From positions 2,086 through 66,085 of the forward strand of contig MEWP01000063.1 in the NCBI GenBank assembly GCA_001775395.1: a stretch of 64,000 bases of DNA. Reading direction: 5' to 3'. The DNA comes from a candidate division Zixibacteria bacterium RBG_16_53_22. GTDB lineage: Bacteria; Zixibacteria; MSB-5A5; UBA10806. Below the pieces are notes generated by a model. The model searched no databases and had not been told where the DNA came from. It saw nothing but the letters and a program-made list of their open reading frames with translations. Shown here in pieces: positions 25,748 to 35,242 of the stretch; the stretch's first letter is position 1; each line of letters opens with the position of its first letter. The position numbers and the translations under genes are program-made.

Positions 25748-26145
25748 TGCTGCTAACTCTGTACCTTTTATTCAGGCTAGTCATCGGCGGCGTGGTGGAT
25801 ACGCCTATCCAGCCATGCCAGTGTGTCGTGGTCGAATACCAGGGCGCGACCGCTCTCAAGTGCGCCGTACCTGACCAGGTGGCCTGCTATCACGAGTGGC
25901 GACCAGGCAGCTTGCTGGTAAATGGGCATAACCCCGGCGTGTTCAGCCGCCTGGATGAAGTCGAAGTCGGGGATGCTATGGTCGTGACCATAGACGGCGT
26001 GACGACCACCTACTACGTGACGACCAAAGAGGTGGTCAGGCGCGATGATCACCAGCGTTACACCGAGCTGGCTAATGTGCCAGGTGTGCTAATCGTCACC
26101 TGTTATGGTGAGCACCATAGGCTTTTGGTTAAGGGGGAAATATGA
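25747..26145 (+). CDS. sortase-fold protein
   Basis: N-terminal hydrophobic anchor; GHN...VFSRLDEVEVGD...YYVT...LIVTC...HRLLV gives the His/Cys/Arg triad; start moved to MLLTLY. Confidence 0.75.
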   Translation: MLLTLYLLFRLVIGGVVDTPIQPCQCVVVEYQGATALKCAVPDQVACYHEWRPGSLLVNGHNPGVFSRLDEVEVGDAMVVTIDGVTTTYYVTTKEVVRRDDHQRYTELANVPGVLIVTCYGEHHRLLVKGEI

Positions 26146-27095
26146 AGCTGGCTCATGTAAGTCTTTTCAAGCGGCACCATGGGAATGAGTACCACGCGGG
26201 AGGTGTCGAAAAGTTTGCCTTCTTTTTGAATATGGCCTTCCCGGAGATGAAGTGTTACTCTATCCAGGACTTGCCCATACCCATCCAACCCGGTACACCC
26301 GACTACAAGATCGCTGAGATCCTCAATAACTGGCTTCTGGGCGAGGGGCTGGTAGATGAGAACACCACCGTTATCGGCGATGGTTTTTGGACACTGGGTC
26401 TGGAGGGCAAGGTAGGCAGGTTGATCTCTGTAATTCATGGTGCCTATTTCGGCACTGCATTGGAATATGAAAAGTACCCCAACCCTGAAGAGACGCACGT
26501 GGGCGAGTGGGCCTTGATCCAGGAGGAAGTCTGGAAAGATCCACGGGTCGAGGTTGTGTCGGTCAGCAACCGTTCAGCTTTGGAACTTATGACTGTGTGC
26601 GGTATTCCGTCGCATGTTATATCTCATGGGCTGCCCCTGGACATCTATAAGCCAGATGGCAAGCCTAAGAGTCGCCTGGTCTTGCACACCTCTGTGAGCT
26701 TCAGGAAGGGCCGAGATATGATCGAGAAGATCAAAGCCTTCGGCAAGTTCGACATTCAACAACTCGGCTTCGCGCGAAGCGGAGACATGGCAGAGGAAGT
26801 AAGACTCTGGAATCGGGGTGGCATCTTCCTGAACCCAACTAGATTTGAAGGGAACCATTATTCGATACTGGAAGCTCTGGCCTGTGGATTAGTGCCAGTG
26901 GCTTACTTGACAGGCGTCACCTATGACTTTCCCTGCCACGTGGCCGAGACCACAGATGACTTCCACGAACACCGCTTCGTGATGATGCTTGAGAATGCCA
27001 TGGAGTATTACTCGAACTATTTCCCGCGTGAGTGGGCCTGTGAGAACCTGGACTTCGACATATGGGCAGCCAAGTGGAGGGCTTATCTGAAATGA
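26142..27095 (+). CDS. GT4-like glycosyltransferase
   Basis: GGVEKF; RKG; PTRFEGNHYSILEALACG (EX7E). Confidence 0.85.
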   Translation: MKLAHVSLFKRHHGNEYHAGGVEKFAFFLNMAFPEMKCYSIQDLPIPIQPGTPDYKIAEILNNWLLGEGLVDENTTVIGDGFWTLGLEGKVGRLISVIHGAYFGTALEYEKYPNPEETHVGEWALIQEEVWKDPRVEVVSVSNRSALELMTVCGIPSHVISHGLPLDIYKPDGKPKSRLVLHTSVSFRKGRDMIEKIKAFGKFDIQQLGFARSGDMAEEVRLWNRGGIFLNPTRFEGNHYSILEALACGLVPVAYLTGVTYDFPCHVAETTDDFHEHRFVMMLENAMEYYSNYFPREWACENLDFDIWAAKWRAYLK

Positions 27096-27343
27096 AAGAG
27101 CCACTTAAGCCATTGAGGGCTAACCAGCTAATTGAGACGTTAGCATGCTCAAGAACTAAAGACAACATGGGACACTTTCTCAATTATGAGTTATACATCT
27201 CAGATGGGATACAACTATTTCCCATGAACAAACTTTACTTCGATATTGATAGGAAGATACTGATTTTCGTACCAGAGCATGTCAAAATTGACCTGGAAAA
27301 GTTTTACGACAGACTTGAGGTAAAGGATGATGCACAAAATTGA
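27092..27343 (+). CDS. hypothetical protein
   Basis: Start MKEPLKP with ATGA overlap. Confidence 0.5.
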   Translation: MKEPLKPLRANQLIETLACSRTKDNMGHFLNYELYISDGIQLFPMNKLYFDIDRKILIFVPEHVKIDLEKFYDRLEVKDDAQN

Positions 27344-27602
27344 GTTTAAGTCAGAAAAGCTGGCGCGTTATGGGATCGTCGTGGCTGGGGACATCCAGGA
27401 GCTAGTCAAAATGATGAACGAGATAGATGATGGTTGGTATCCACTTGGTGGCCCATTTCAAAGAATAAATGACTTTGGCAAATTACCTCTTGTATGCCAG
27501 GCTGTGGTGCGTGAGCCTAAACATTCGCTATGGAAGCTAACTGTAAATGGTGTAGAATTCGTACAAAAGGATAGTACAACCGATGCAGCCACTAGTAGTT
27601 GA
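27327..27602 (+). CDS. DUF1737-like protein
   Basis: GWYPLGGP...CQAVV pattern. Confidence 0.55.
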   Translation: MMHKIEFKSEKLARYGIVVAGDIQELVKMMNEIDDGWYPLGGPFQRINDFGKLPLVCQAVVREPKHSLWKLTVNGVEFVQKDSTTDAATSS

Positions 27603-30600
27603 TATTCCAACCAAGAACCGCCCGCGTGAACTGGGTCGCTGTCTGGCAGCCTTGCTGGCACAGACCTACCAGAAATTCGATCTTCTAATCGTTAATGACA
27701 ATACTACCTTGCCAGTAGATTTCGACGAGGTTACGGCTGAGTGGCTGAAGCGCCACAAGGATCGCCGCCAGGTGTGGATCGAGAAAGGCACAGGCATGAG
27801 TCAGGTATACGCCCATAACCTGGCTTTGTGGCAGCGTCCCTGGTGTGAGTACGAGTTCATCCTACGCATGGACGACGACATTCTGCTTAACTCGCGGGCT
27901 ATCGAGATCATGCTGAACGCCATTCGATCCAACGTAGACATTGCCGCAGTATCAGGTCTATGGTTTGAATCAGAGACTAACGAAAACTGGTTCTCAGATC
28001 GTGATGTGCCAACCGCCGAGGAGTGGCAAAATAGCCTGGAGCTACATGGCAAAGCGGTGAATGGCATAGTCAGCAATTGGCACCAACGCTTATACCACGA
28101 TTATCGCCCCAACGGCCAGGGTGAAATCATCGGTGCACCCATGGCGGTCCAGCATCTCTATTCAGCCTGTCTATATCGCGCCGCAGATATGCGTCGGGCA
28201 GGTGGCTGGCCTGAAATCTATAGTCAGGGCATTCATCACGGCGAAGAAAGTGATGGCACATTCAGATTGGGGGCGACTAGTAAGAGATTGTGGGTCTTGC
28301 CTCAAGTCACCGGTCAACACTTACGCGCCTCTGGTGGCATCCGCAGTGCTGGTTTGGAATTGGAACACAGGACACGCCTGATCGACGATCCACTGCGCAA
28401 CGAGCGCCTGCGGGCTATGCCGGGTGTATACGACCGTCCCATCAAAGTTGGTCTGTGGGGCCAGCATAGTATCTTCACGGGTGGTGGCCCGCGCATGTTC
28501 TTCGAGTTGTTGGCAGCCTTGCAGAGTGATCCAAACCTCGAAGTCTATCCAGTGGGCGATCACATGCCTTGCCACGACGTAGAGCGTGTGTTCGGCATTC
28601 ACGTCGAGGATTGCAACGCGCTGCCAGAAGAGTTGGACGTATTGATCCAACTGGGCGATGATCTGGACTGGTTCGGCAACGAGGCGATCTATATACCACC
28701 TGCCAAGTCCAAGACGCTGTTTATCTACTACCCTTTCGGAAATAGAGCGCCGGAATTGGACGAGTTCACCCACATTGTCACCTTAAGCCAGTTCGTGGTA
28801 GACGAGATCGCTCGACTGTGGCGGCGCAAGGCTCAATATATCTATCCGGTGGCTCACAGTATTCCACCTCTGAAGAAGCACAATTGGATACTGGTGCCCG
28901 GTCGTGTCGATCAATGGAAGGGCACACTTTGGCTCATGGAAGCCTTCGCCGAGATGGACCTGAAGGGCTGGCAACTATACGTGGTAGGGGCTACCGAGGG
29001 CTCCATCCAAAAAGACTACATCCAGCAGGTCAATAATTTTGCCAAAACGCACGAGAATGTACACCTCGATTTCGACGTGAGCCAGGCCAAGCTAGAAGAA
29101 TATTATGGCAAGTCCAAGATCATGTGGGCAGCCAAGGGCATGCTGGCGGACGAGCACCCAGAGTTGAGCCGTGAGGCCGAGCACTATGGGCTGACACCCC
29201 TGGAGGCTATGAGTGCCGAGTGCGTACCACTGGTGTATGACTTAGGAGGGCATAGAGAGACTACAGAGGAGATTTTACGTTGGAAAAGCAAGGAAGATCT
29301 ATTTCAAAAAACACACGACTTAATTGATACAAGGTTTGTCTTTTATGACATATCCAGCTTCTTCGACAGGGAGCTGTTCAAAGAGCAATGGCTGCGCGTG
29401 GTGTACGAGTGCAATGCCAAAACTTCCAGGCTGGAGGCAGTCAGGCTGGAAGTCACCGAGAACAGGCGACCCATCATCTTCGTCGTCACAGACAGCCCGC
29501 GTAAGCGCACGGGCTTTTCCACAGTAGCCCAACAGGTCGTGCCTGGCTTTGTCGAGCAAGGTTGGGACGTGCGCTGGTATGCTATCCTGGATGATAAGGA
29601 ACCCATGCCAGGCGAGTTCGACTTTACCTTCATTCCCATGGCCGAGAGCGACATGCAGGGAGACAAGAGGTTGCTCAGGAAGATCATCCAACACGAGCCG
29701 GACGTGATCTGGGCACTATACGACGCGGGCAACCTGTATAAGTACCTGGTCTTCAGCGAGTTCGGGGCTCAGACACATAAGTCAGATGGATCACTCCGGC
29801 CATGCGTGGCCTACTTCCCGGTCGAGGGTCTGCCGCTCCCATCTTATTACGGTGGCATGGTGCAGCATGTGCTGCGCTCAGGCGGGCAGGCTATTACCTA
29901 CACCGAAGGTAGCGCCCAGGTTGTTATGGATCAATTTGAGGGCTTAAAGGTGGATTGGGCATGGCACGGTCTGGACCATGCTTGCTTCGAGCCTTATCCA
30001 ACTGCCGACCGTAAGCACTTACGCCAATTGGTGGGGTTGGACAATTATTTTATCGTCGGCACTTTCGGCATCAACAAACGCACCAAGCAATTCGATACGC
30101 TGATCTATGCTGCCTGGTTCATCAAAGAGTGGGGGGAGGACAAGGATGTGCGGTTTTATTGCCACACTGAACCTAACGATCCTATCCTGCAAGGCTATCC
30201 CCTGAACGAAATGAGCAAGATCTACGGTGTAGAACATATGTTCTTATGGAAGCCGGATAGCTACTCACAGCGGGGTGGCAAGTATACTGGCGTCGAGTTC
30301 AGCAACAACAGCATGGATGAAGCCAAACGGCTAACCATGCCACCTACTGCCGAGGGGCGGGGCTACCTGCTGGGCCACTACGACATCATAGCTCGCTACA
30401 ACTTACTGGATCTATATGCCGATGTTTCATCGGTGGAAGGCTGGGGACTTTGCGTCGGCGAGGCTTTGCGCTGTGGTGTGCCTGCCATCTCGGTAGACGA
30501 TGGATCTGTACGCAGTGAGATCTATGGCGATGCGGCGCTCATGCTCAAGCCTACTTACGATTGGAGCACCTGGCACATCGGAGCCCGCCTAGCTCTGGTC

Positions 30601-30777
30601 CATCCAGAGGCAGTTGCCCGCGCTATTCTGGAGATGCGCGATAACCACGAATTGAGAAAAGAGTATGCCGAGCGGGGACGGGCAGCTACCGCTAAATATG
30701 TATGGCAGCCTACCCGCGATAAGATGGTAGCAGCCGTCAGGCAAGCATTGAGTCCAACACTTGGACTCGCCAAGTAG
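27583..30777 (+). CDS. three-domain glycosyltransferase (GT2 + GT4 + GT4)
   Basis: IPTKNR and RMDDD (GT-A); EHYGLTPLEAM and EGWGLCVGEAL (two GT-B EX7E motifs). Confidence 0.88.
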   Translation: MQPLVVDIPTKNRPRELGRCLAALLAQTYQKFDLLIVNDNTTLPVDFDEVTAEWLKRHKDRRQVWIEKGTGMSQVYAHNLALWQRPWCEYEFILRMDDDILLNSRAIEIMLNAIRSNVDIAAVSGLWFESETNENWFSDRDVPTAEEWQNSLELHGKAVNGIVSNWHQRLYHDYRPNGQGEIIGAPMAVQHLYSACLYRAADMRRAGGWPEIYSQGIHHGEESDGTFRLGATSKRLWVLPQVTGQHLRASGGIRSAGLELEHRTRLIDDPLRNERLRAMPGVYDRPIKVGLWGQHSIFTGGGPRMFFELLAALQSDPNLEVYPVGDHMPCHDVERVFGIHVEDCNALPEELDVLIQLGDDLDWFGNEAIYIPPAKSKTLFIYYPFGNRAPELDEFTHIVTLSQFVVDEIARLWRRKAQYIYPVAHSIPPLKKHNWILVPGRVDQWKGTLWLMEAFAEMDLKGWQLYVVGATEGSIQKDYIQQVNNFAKTHENVHLDFDVSQAKLEEYYGKSKIMWAAKGMLADEHPELSREAEHYGLTPLEAMSAECVPLVYDLGGHRETTEEILRWKSKEDLFQKTHDLIDTRFVFYDISSFFDRELFKEQWLRVVYECNAKTSRLEAVRLEVTENRRPIIFVVTDSPRKRTGFSTVAQQVVPGFVEQGWDVRWYAILDDKEPMPGEFDFTFIPMAESDMQGDKRLLRKIIQHEPDVIWALYDAGNLYKYLVFSEFGAQTHKSDGSLRPCVAYFPVEGLPLPSYYGGMVQHVLRSGGQAITYTEGSAQVVMDQFEGLKVDWAWHGLDHACFEPYPTADRKHLRQLVGLDNYFIVGTFGINKRTKQFDTLIYAAWFIKEWGEDKDVRFYCHTEPNDPILQGYPLNEMSKIYGVEHMFLWKPDSYSQRGGKYTGVEFSNNSMDEAKRLTMPPTAEGRGYLLGHYDIIARYNLLDLYADVSSVEGWGLCVGEALRCGVPAISVDDGSVRSEIYGDAALMLKPTYDWSTWHIGARLALVHPEAVARAILEMRDNHELRKEYAERGRAATAKYVWQPTRDKMVAAVRQALSPTLGLAK

Positions 30778-30786
30778 GAACATGGA

Positions 30787-31089
30787 ATGATAATTGATAG
30801 GCCAAGACAGGATATGGAGCTGGACTGGGATCACCTCACACTCCTATATGCCATTGATCCACTCACAGGTGGTATGACTACAGCCTACACGATTTATGGC
30901 AAACATCGCTTTACGTTCGATGTGGTCGTAACCATTCCTAAACATGGTATAAGATCTGTGTGGATGCACCCTTACTCAGATATGAAGATACATGCTATTC
31001 CGCCAAAAGGCGACAAGATGGCATATGCCAGACAATTAGGTGGCTTCTTATGTCGCGTAGTTTATGTTGAGGAGGGTAAGAATGGCTAG
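30787..31089 (+). CDS. hypothetical protein
   Basis: 100 aa; operon packing. Confidence 0.55.
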   Translation: MIIDRPRQDMELDWDHLTLLYAIDPLTGGMTTAYTIYGKHRFTFDVVVTIPKHGIRSVWMHPYSDMKIHAIPPKGDKMAYARQLGGFLCRVVYVEEGKNG

Positions 31090-31459
31090 ACCATATACGT
31101 GTACCAAGTGCGGCGAACAGTTCCAGCGGGGTCAACTCAAGGAATGTCCAGTGTGCGGCGCGTCCATGCGCAAGCGCTCACGCATGCGCCTGCGCGAGCA
31201 CAAACTGGACGAGACGCCATTGCCTGCGCCAGTACAGAATGCGGGTCTGATATTTAGCGATGGGATAATCGGCGGCATCACTATTGTCCTAAAAGCTGAC
31301 GGGACATACGTCATTAGCTTTCCCAGTGGCACAGTCGATAACCGCATGATCACTTGCCCTGGCTGCCACAGGAAGCTCTTCCAGAATACCAACCTGCATG
31401 GCACGAGCAGACATCGTTGCCCACGCTGCAAGGCAGATATAGTGTTGTATTTTGCTTAA
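31082..31459 (+). CDS. double zinc-ribbon protein with C-terminal Mu Com-like finger
   Basis: CTKC...CPVC and CPGCHRKLF...RCPRCK; start moved to MARPYTC (GGAGG SD). Confidence 0.65.
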   Translation: MARPYTCTKCGEQFQRGQLKECPVCGASMRKRSRMRLREHKLDETPLPAPVQNAGLIFSDGIIGGITIVLKADGTYVISFPSGTVDNRMITCPGCHRKLFQNTNLHGTSRHRCPRCKADIVLYFA

Positions 31460-31558
31460 AAATCTGATATAATAGGGCTGTCGCTTGATGCTTCCAGTTC
31501 ATTTGTTCGTTCCTCCTTTTTCGAGAGTCGGGGCCGCGCAACCCCGGCTCTCGATTTT
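31445..31558 (+). ncRNA. candidate ~80-nt sRNA with its own promoter and terminator
   Basis: TTGTAT-17-TATAAT (31445-31473); 13-bp stem 31521-31554 plus T4; anti-SD segment TTCCTCCTTTT. Confidence 0.45.
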
Positions 31559-31576
31559 AATCTACCAAATCCCTAC

Positions 31577-31605
31577 TTGACAATAAACCAAAACAGTGTT
31601 ACATT
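31577..31605 (+). promoter_or_regulatory. sigma70-type promoter for the capsid operon
   Basis: TTGACA-17-TACATT with extended TG. Confidence 0.65.
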
Positions 31606-31669
31606 GATCACAACAACAGAATAACCTGGAGAGCCAAACAGGTTTCGTCTTGTCCAGAGGTCGATACAG

Positions 31670-31737
31670 AACCCGCCAAGGGAAGAAAACCCAACGCGGG
31701 TTTTTTGCATTTCATGCCCGCGCGAGCGGGCTTTTTT
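31670..31737 (+). terminator. two terminator-like hairpins in the capsid-operon leader
   Basis: AACCCGC/GCGGGTT plus T-run; GCCCGC-GCGA-GCGGGC plus T6. Confidence 0.6.
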
Positions 31738-31780
31738 GTTGTCACCCGCGACGAGCTATCAGTTTGTAGGGAGGTGTAAG

Positions 31781-33010
31781 TTGCCAGCCAAAGTTGAAGC
31801 ATGTGTCTCCAGCATGATGGGCAAGTGGAGAAAAGATCCCAAGTCCAGACCCAAGCCGATGATGAAAGATGGCAAACCGCAGGACATGGAGGGACAGGCA
31901 TGGGCAATTTGCCAGGCTTCGATGAAGGCCGAGCAGGAAATCGAGGCAGTTATGCTGGAAGGCGTCGGCCCGGTGATCCTGGGCATAGCGGCGACCAATC
32001 GCCCACACCTGCCGCTGCCGCCGATGTCTATTGTCGAGTTGACCCCGCCTACAACTGGTGGCGCTTCTACCCCTGGAACGACAAAGAGGTACGCCCGCGT
32101 TCCGTTTCTACGGCAAGGCATATACAGCCACCCACAGCACGGCAACCTGGTCTTTAACGACCAGACTATGCGCCGCATGCTGGACAACCACAGGGCCAAG
32201 GTCAACCACCATGGTGTGTCATTAGACGTGCGCCACAAGCCAGAGCTGGGTGCATTGGCATGGTTCAACGACGCGGGCTGGATACAGGAGGAAGACGATC
32301 CTGAGTACGGCAAGCTGCTGGTGGGCTATGGCCCGGTCGAGCGCCCCGAAACCGAGGAGATTATCGGCAAGGGTGTATACAAATACGCCAGTGTCGAGTT
32401 TCACCCCAACTACGAGAGTAATATCGTGGATAAGCTATCCGCAGACGATCTGCGGGCAGTCAATTTAGAAGAACTTTTACAGGAGGTAAACATGGAATTT
32501 CCTGTCAAGAACGAGGACGGGACCGTTCTCCTGTCGGCTGACCAGTTCACCGAGTACGAAGCACTCAAGGTAAAGGTAACAGATCTTGAAGCCAAGATCA
32601 AGCCACCTGAGCCGGAGCTGCCCGAACACGTCAGGGTGTTGCTGGAACGGCAAGATCAGGAGATGAAGGCCCTCAAGCGCGGTATGCTTGCCAGTCGTGT
32701 AGAAGCGGCTGTGGTCAAGGCCAAAGCCTACCGCGATGCCAATGGCTGTGGTCACGCGCCCGTGCTGTTGGAGTGGGCTACCAACGTCATGCAGGGCAGA
32801 CCAGTCGGCGAAGGCGAGGCGGTCATCAAGCTGGAAGGCAACAGCGATGGTGCGTTCGTCGAGTACGTCAACCGCGCAGTCGCTCGCCTGTTGGAAACGC
32901 TGCCCGGCCAGATGCCTATGGGCAACCGAACCGAGTGGGATGATGTGCGTCTCGAAACGCCCGAAATGACTAAAGAAGACTTCAAGAGCTTCTGGAAGGC
33001 AGGAGGGTAA
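31781..33010 (+). CDS. Mu-like prohead protease/scaffold (probable internal scaffold start at 32492)
   Basis: TTG start after GGAGGT; LDVRH...ALAW and YKYASVEF (His/Ser) motifs; internal AGGAGGT-ATG at 32492; position before decoration and capsid genes. Confidence 0.75.
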   Translation: MPAKVEACVSSMMGKWRKDPKSRPKPMMKDGKPQDMEGQAWAICQASMKAEQEIEAVMLEGVGPVILGIAATNRPHLPLPPMSIVELTPPTTGGASTPGTTKRYARVPFLRQGIYSHPQHGNLVFNDQTMRRMLDNHRAKVNHHGVSLDVRHKPELGALAWFNDAGWIQEEDDPEYGKLLVGYGPVERPETEEIIGKGVYKYASVEFHPNYESNIVDKLSADDLRAVNLEELLQEVNMEFPVKNEDGTVLLSADQFTEYEALKVKVTDLEAKIKPPEPELPEHVRVLLERQDQEMKALKRGMLASRVEAAVVKAKAYRDANGCGHAPVLLEWATNVMQGRPVGEGEAVIKLEGNSDGAFVEYVNRAVARLLETLPGQMPMGNRTEWDDVRLETPEMTKEDFKSFWKAGG

Positions 33011-33013
33011 GTC

Positions 33014-33403
33014 ATGCCGTACATCACCAGCAAGTCAAGAACCCCTATTCACCAGGTCCTCCAGGGCCACCACCACGAACGGCTGATCTCTAACTGGCTC
33101 GACTCCAGTTACATCGCCCAGGACTCGACCGGGCAGAAGTACGTCTATCCCGGCCTGATCGTGGCTCAGGATACCACCACCAAGAAGTTCGTGCCCTATT
33201 CGGCGGGCGCTTCCTACGGCACCGGCTCGGACACGCCAGTGGGTGTGATGGACGAGTTTTTGGATGTTACATTGGGCGACGAGGCTATCACGCCCGTGTG
33301 GCACGGCGGCGTCATCGAGGCCCATTGCTATCTGTATGGCTCGGCTATGGGCTCCGGTCTGACTACGGTCAAGACCACCCTGAACAAGATCAAGTGGGTG
33401 TAA
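33014..33403 (+). CDS. head decoration protein
   Basis: 129 aa between scaffold and capsid; PGLIVA...KFVPY...PVGV. Confidence 0.7.
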   Translation: MPYITSKSRTPIHQVLQGHHHERLISNWLDSSYIAQDSTGQKYVYPGLIVAQDTTTKKFVPYSAGASYGTGSDTPVGVMDEFLDVTLGDEAITPVWHGGVIEAHCYLYGSAMGSGLTTVKTTLNKIKWV

Positions 33404-33415
33404 GGAGGTTAAGAA

Positions 33416-34597
33416 ATGGCTTACTATCCCAACGATATGCTTACGCCCCACTTTTTGACAGGGGCAATCGAGGAACGTCCGACCAGGGAGAGCATCAAAC
33501 AACGCTATCTCTGGCCTGAGTTTCTACCGCTCAAGGAAGTCCCGGAGCGCAGACTGACCTGGGATGCCGTGGCGGCTGAGAACAACTTAGCCGGTTTCTA
33601 CGGCACCAAGGGCGAGCCTGTGCCGGGTGACGACCTGATCTTCAAGTCGCACTTTGCCAACCTGATCGACGTGATGGCAACCCGCCACCTGGACCACGAC
33701 ATCCTCAACTCGGTGCGTGCACCGGGTATGCTGGCTGTCTACAAGACGGGTGGCTCGGCTGCGCCCATCCAGGGTCTTCGGGCTCGCTTCGAGGACCACA
33801 TGCGCGGCTTGATCAACTGGTGTGATGATACAGTCGAGGCGCAGATGGAGTACATGGCGATCAACGCGCTCCAGGGCACGCTGGTCTGGCCGCCCACCAC
33901 GGCGGTTGGCGGGGCTATATCGCCACCCATGCCGCACTGGAACGCCAACATGACGCTCAGTTTCACCTTCCCGCTCAACGCCAACTTCATCCAGAATGCC
34001 TCCACCCTGAGTGGCCATAACGCGCGGGCCGGTGGTGCGTTTGCCTGGAACAACGCCAACGCCGATCCCATCAAGGACATGGAAGTGATTGCGGAGTATA
34101 TGGTCGAGCAGAAGGGTATCAACGCCGACGACATGCTGTTGATCCTGTCGCGCACGACCCTATCGCGCATCGCCTACCTGTCGTCTATCTTGAACTGGCT
34201 CAACTCGGTGCGCTACAATACACCGTTGGGCACCGCCGTCGATCTCAAGGCGCTCCAGGAGTTCATCTCCAGCCGGTTGGGTTGGACCATCCGCACCTAC
34301 GACGCGCAGTGGACCTATCGCACCAACATCGGCACCGTCAACGAGACTGTTCAGCGTGTCAAGTTCTTGAAAGAGGGCAAAGTTATCATCATCCCCAAGG
34401 CAGAAGTCAACAGCCTGGGCAATATGATGACTACCTTCCATAAGGATGGCAGCGGGCAGTTCAAGTCAGGTAAATACTCGTGGATGCACGAGGACGACGA
34501 GCCGCCCTTTGGCACGCGCCTGGGCGAAGGCATCGTGTCTTGGCCGGTGCTCCCCATGGCTGACAGTCAGATTTTCGTGATGGATTCCTATGCATAA
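33416..34597 (+). CDS. major capsid protein (lambda E-like family)
   Basis: EYMAINALQG; WNNANADPIKD; strongly biased codon usage; AAGGAGG SD; synteny. Confidence 0.85.
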   Translation: MAYYPNDMLTPHFLTGAIEERPTRESIKQRYLWPEFLPLKEVPERRLTWDAVAAENNLAGFYGTKGEPVPGDDLIFKSHFANLIDVMATRHLDHDILNSVRAPGMLAVYKTGGSAAPIQGLRARFEDHMRGLINWCDDTVEAQMEYMAINALQGTLVWPPTTAVGGAISPPMPHWNANMTLSFTFPLNANFIQNASTLSGHNARAGGAFAWNNANADPIKDMEVIAEYMVEQKGINADDMLLILSRTTLSRIAYLSSILNWLNSVRYNTPLGTAVDLKALQEFISSRLGWTIRTYDAQWTYRTNIGTVNETVQRVKFLKEGKVIIIPKAEVNSLGNMMTTFHKDGSGQFKSGKYSWMHEDDEPPFGTRLGEGIVSWPVLPMADSQIFVMDSYA

Positions 34598-34609
34598 GGT
34601 GTAGTCACA

Positions 34610-35242
34610 GTGAGTGCTCCGGTCGCCCCTTACGCAGCCAGTGCCCAGGTGGCGATGCTGGTGAAGAACTTGCTGAAAGGAGCCAGCGATTTCTCCGCCA
34701 GCACCACCCCAAAAAATACTGACGTGAACGACATCATCGACTGGGTTTCCTCCCAGGTAGATATGCAGTTCATGTCGGCTGGCTACAAGATTCCCTTCCT
34801 GGTGCTGTCGGGCGAAACGTGGGCCATGTCCCAGACCAACTACCTGACGTTTGTGGTGGTCAATGGGGCAGCCGCCTACGCGGCAGGCCACAGTCTCAAG
34901 CCTGCGCCTGCTGTAGCGCCGGGACGGGAGGGCTCGTCGGGCAATATCTTTCAGGATATGTTCGACAAGGAGCTGCGCAAGGTATGGGACGGTCGGAGCA
35001 CTCGCTTGCCATGGCGGGCGCAATACTACTATGGCACCAAGGCCGAGGAGCTGTTGACGCAGCCCAGTGGGCCAACTACCGACTTCATCGAGCAGCGGTT
35101 TGATCCCATGCGTTTCTTGAGCATGTGGGATATGACCGAAGAGCTGCGCAAGGTGCAGAACGAGATCAAGGACATGGACATCGACTGGGACTACCTGTAC
35201 AACTACAAGTCCTTCAATATCGGGCTGGGGAACGTTGACTGA
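34610..35242 (+). CDS. head-tail adaptor
   Basis: Follows capsid; YA...V and GYKIP motifs. Confidence 0.55.
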   Translation: MSAPVAPYAASAQVAMLVKNLLKGASDFSASTTPKNTDVNDIIDWVSSQVDMQFMSAGYKIPFLVLSGETWAMSQTNYLTFVVVNGAAAYAAGHSLKPAPAVAPGREGSSGNIFQDMFDKELRKVWDGRSTRLPWRAQYYYGTKAEELLTQPSGPTTDFIEQRFDPMRFLSMWDMTEELRKVQNEIKDMDIDWDYLYNYKSFNIGLGNVD

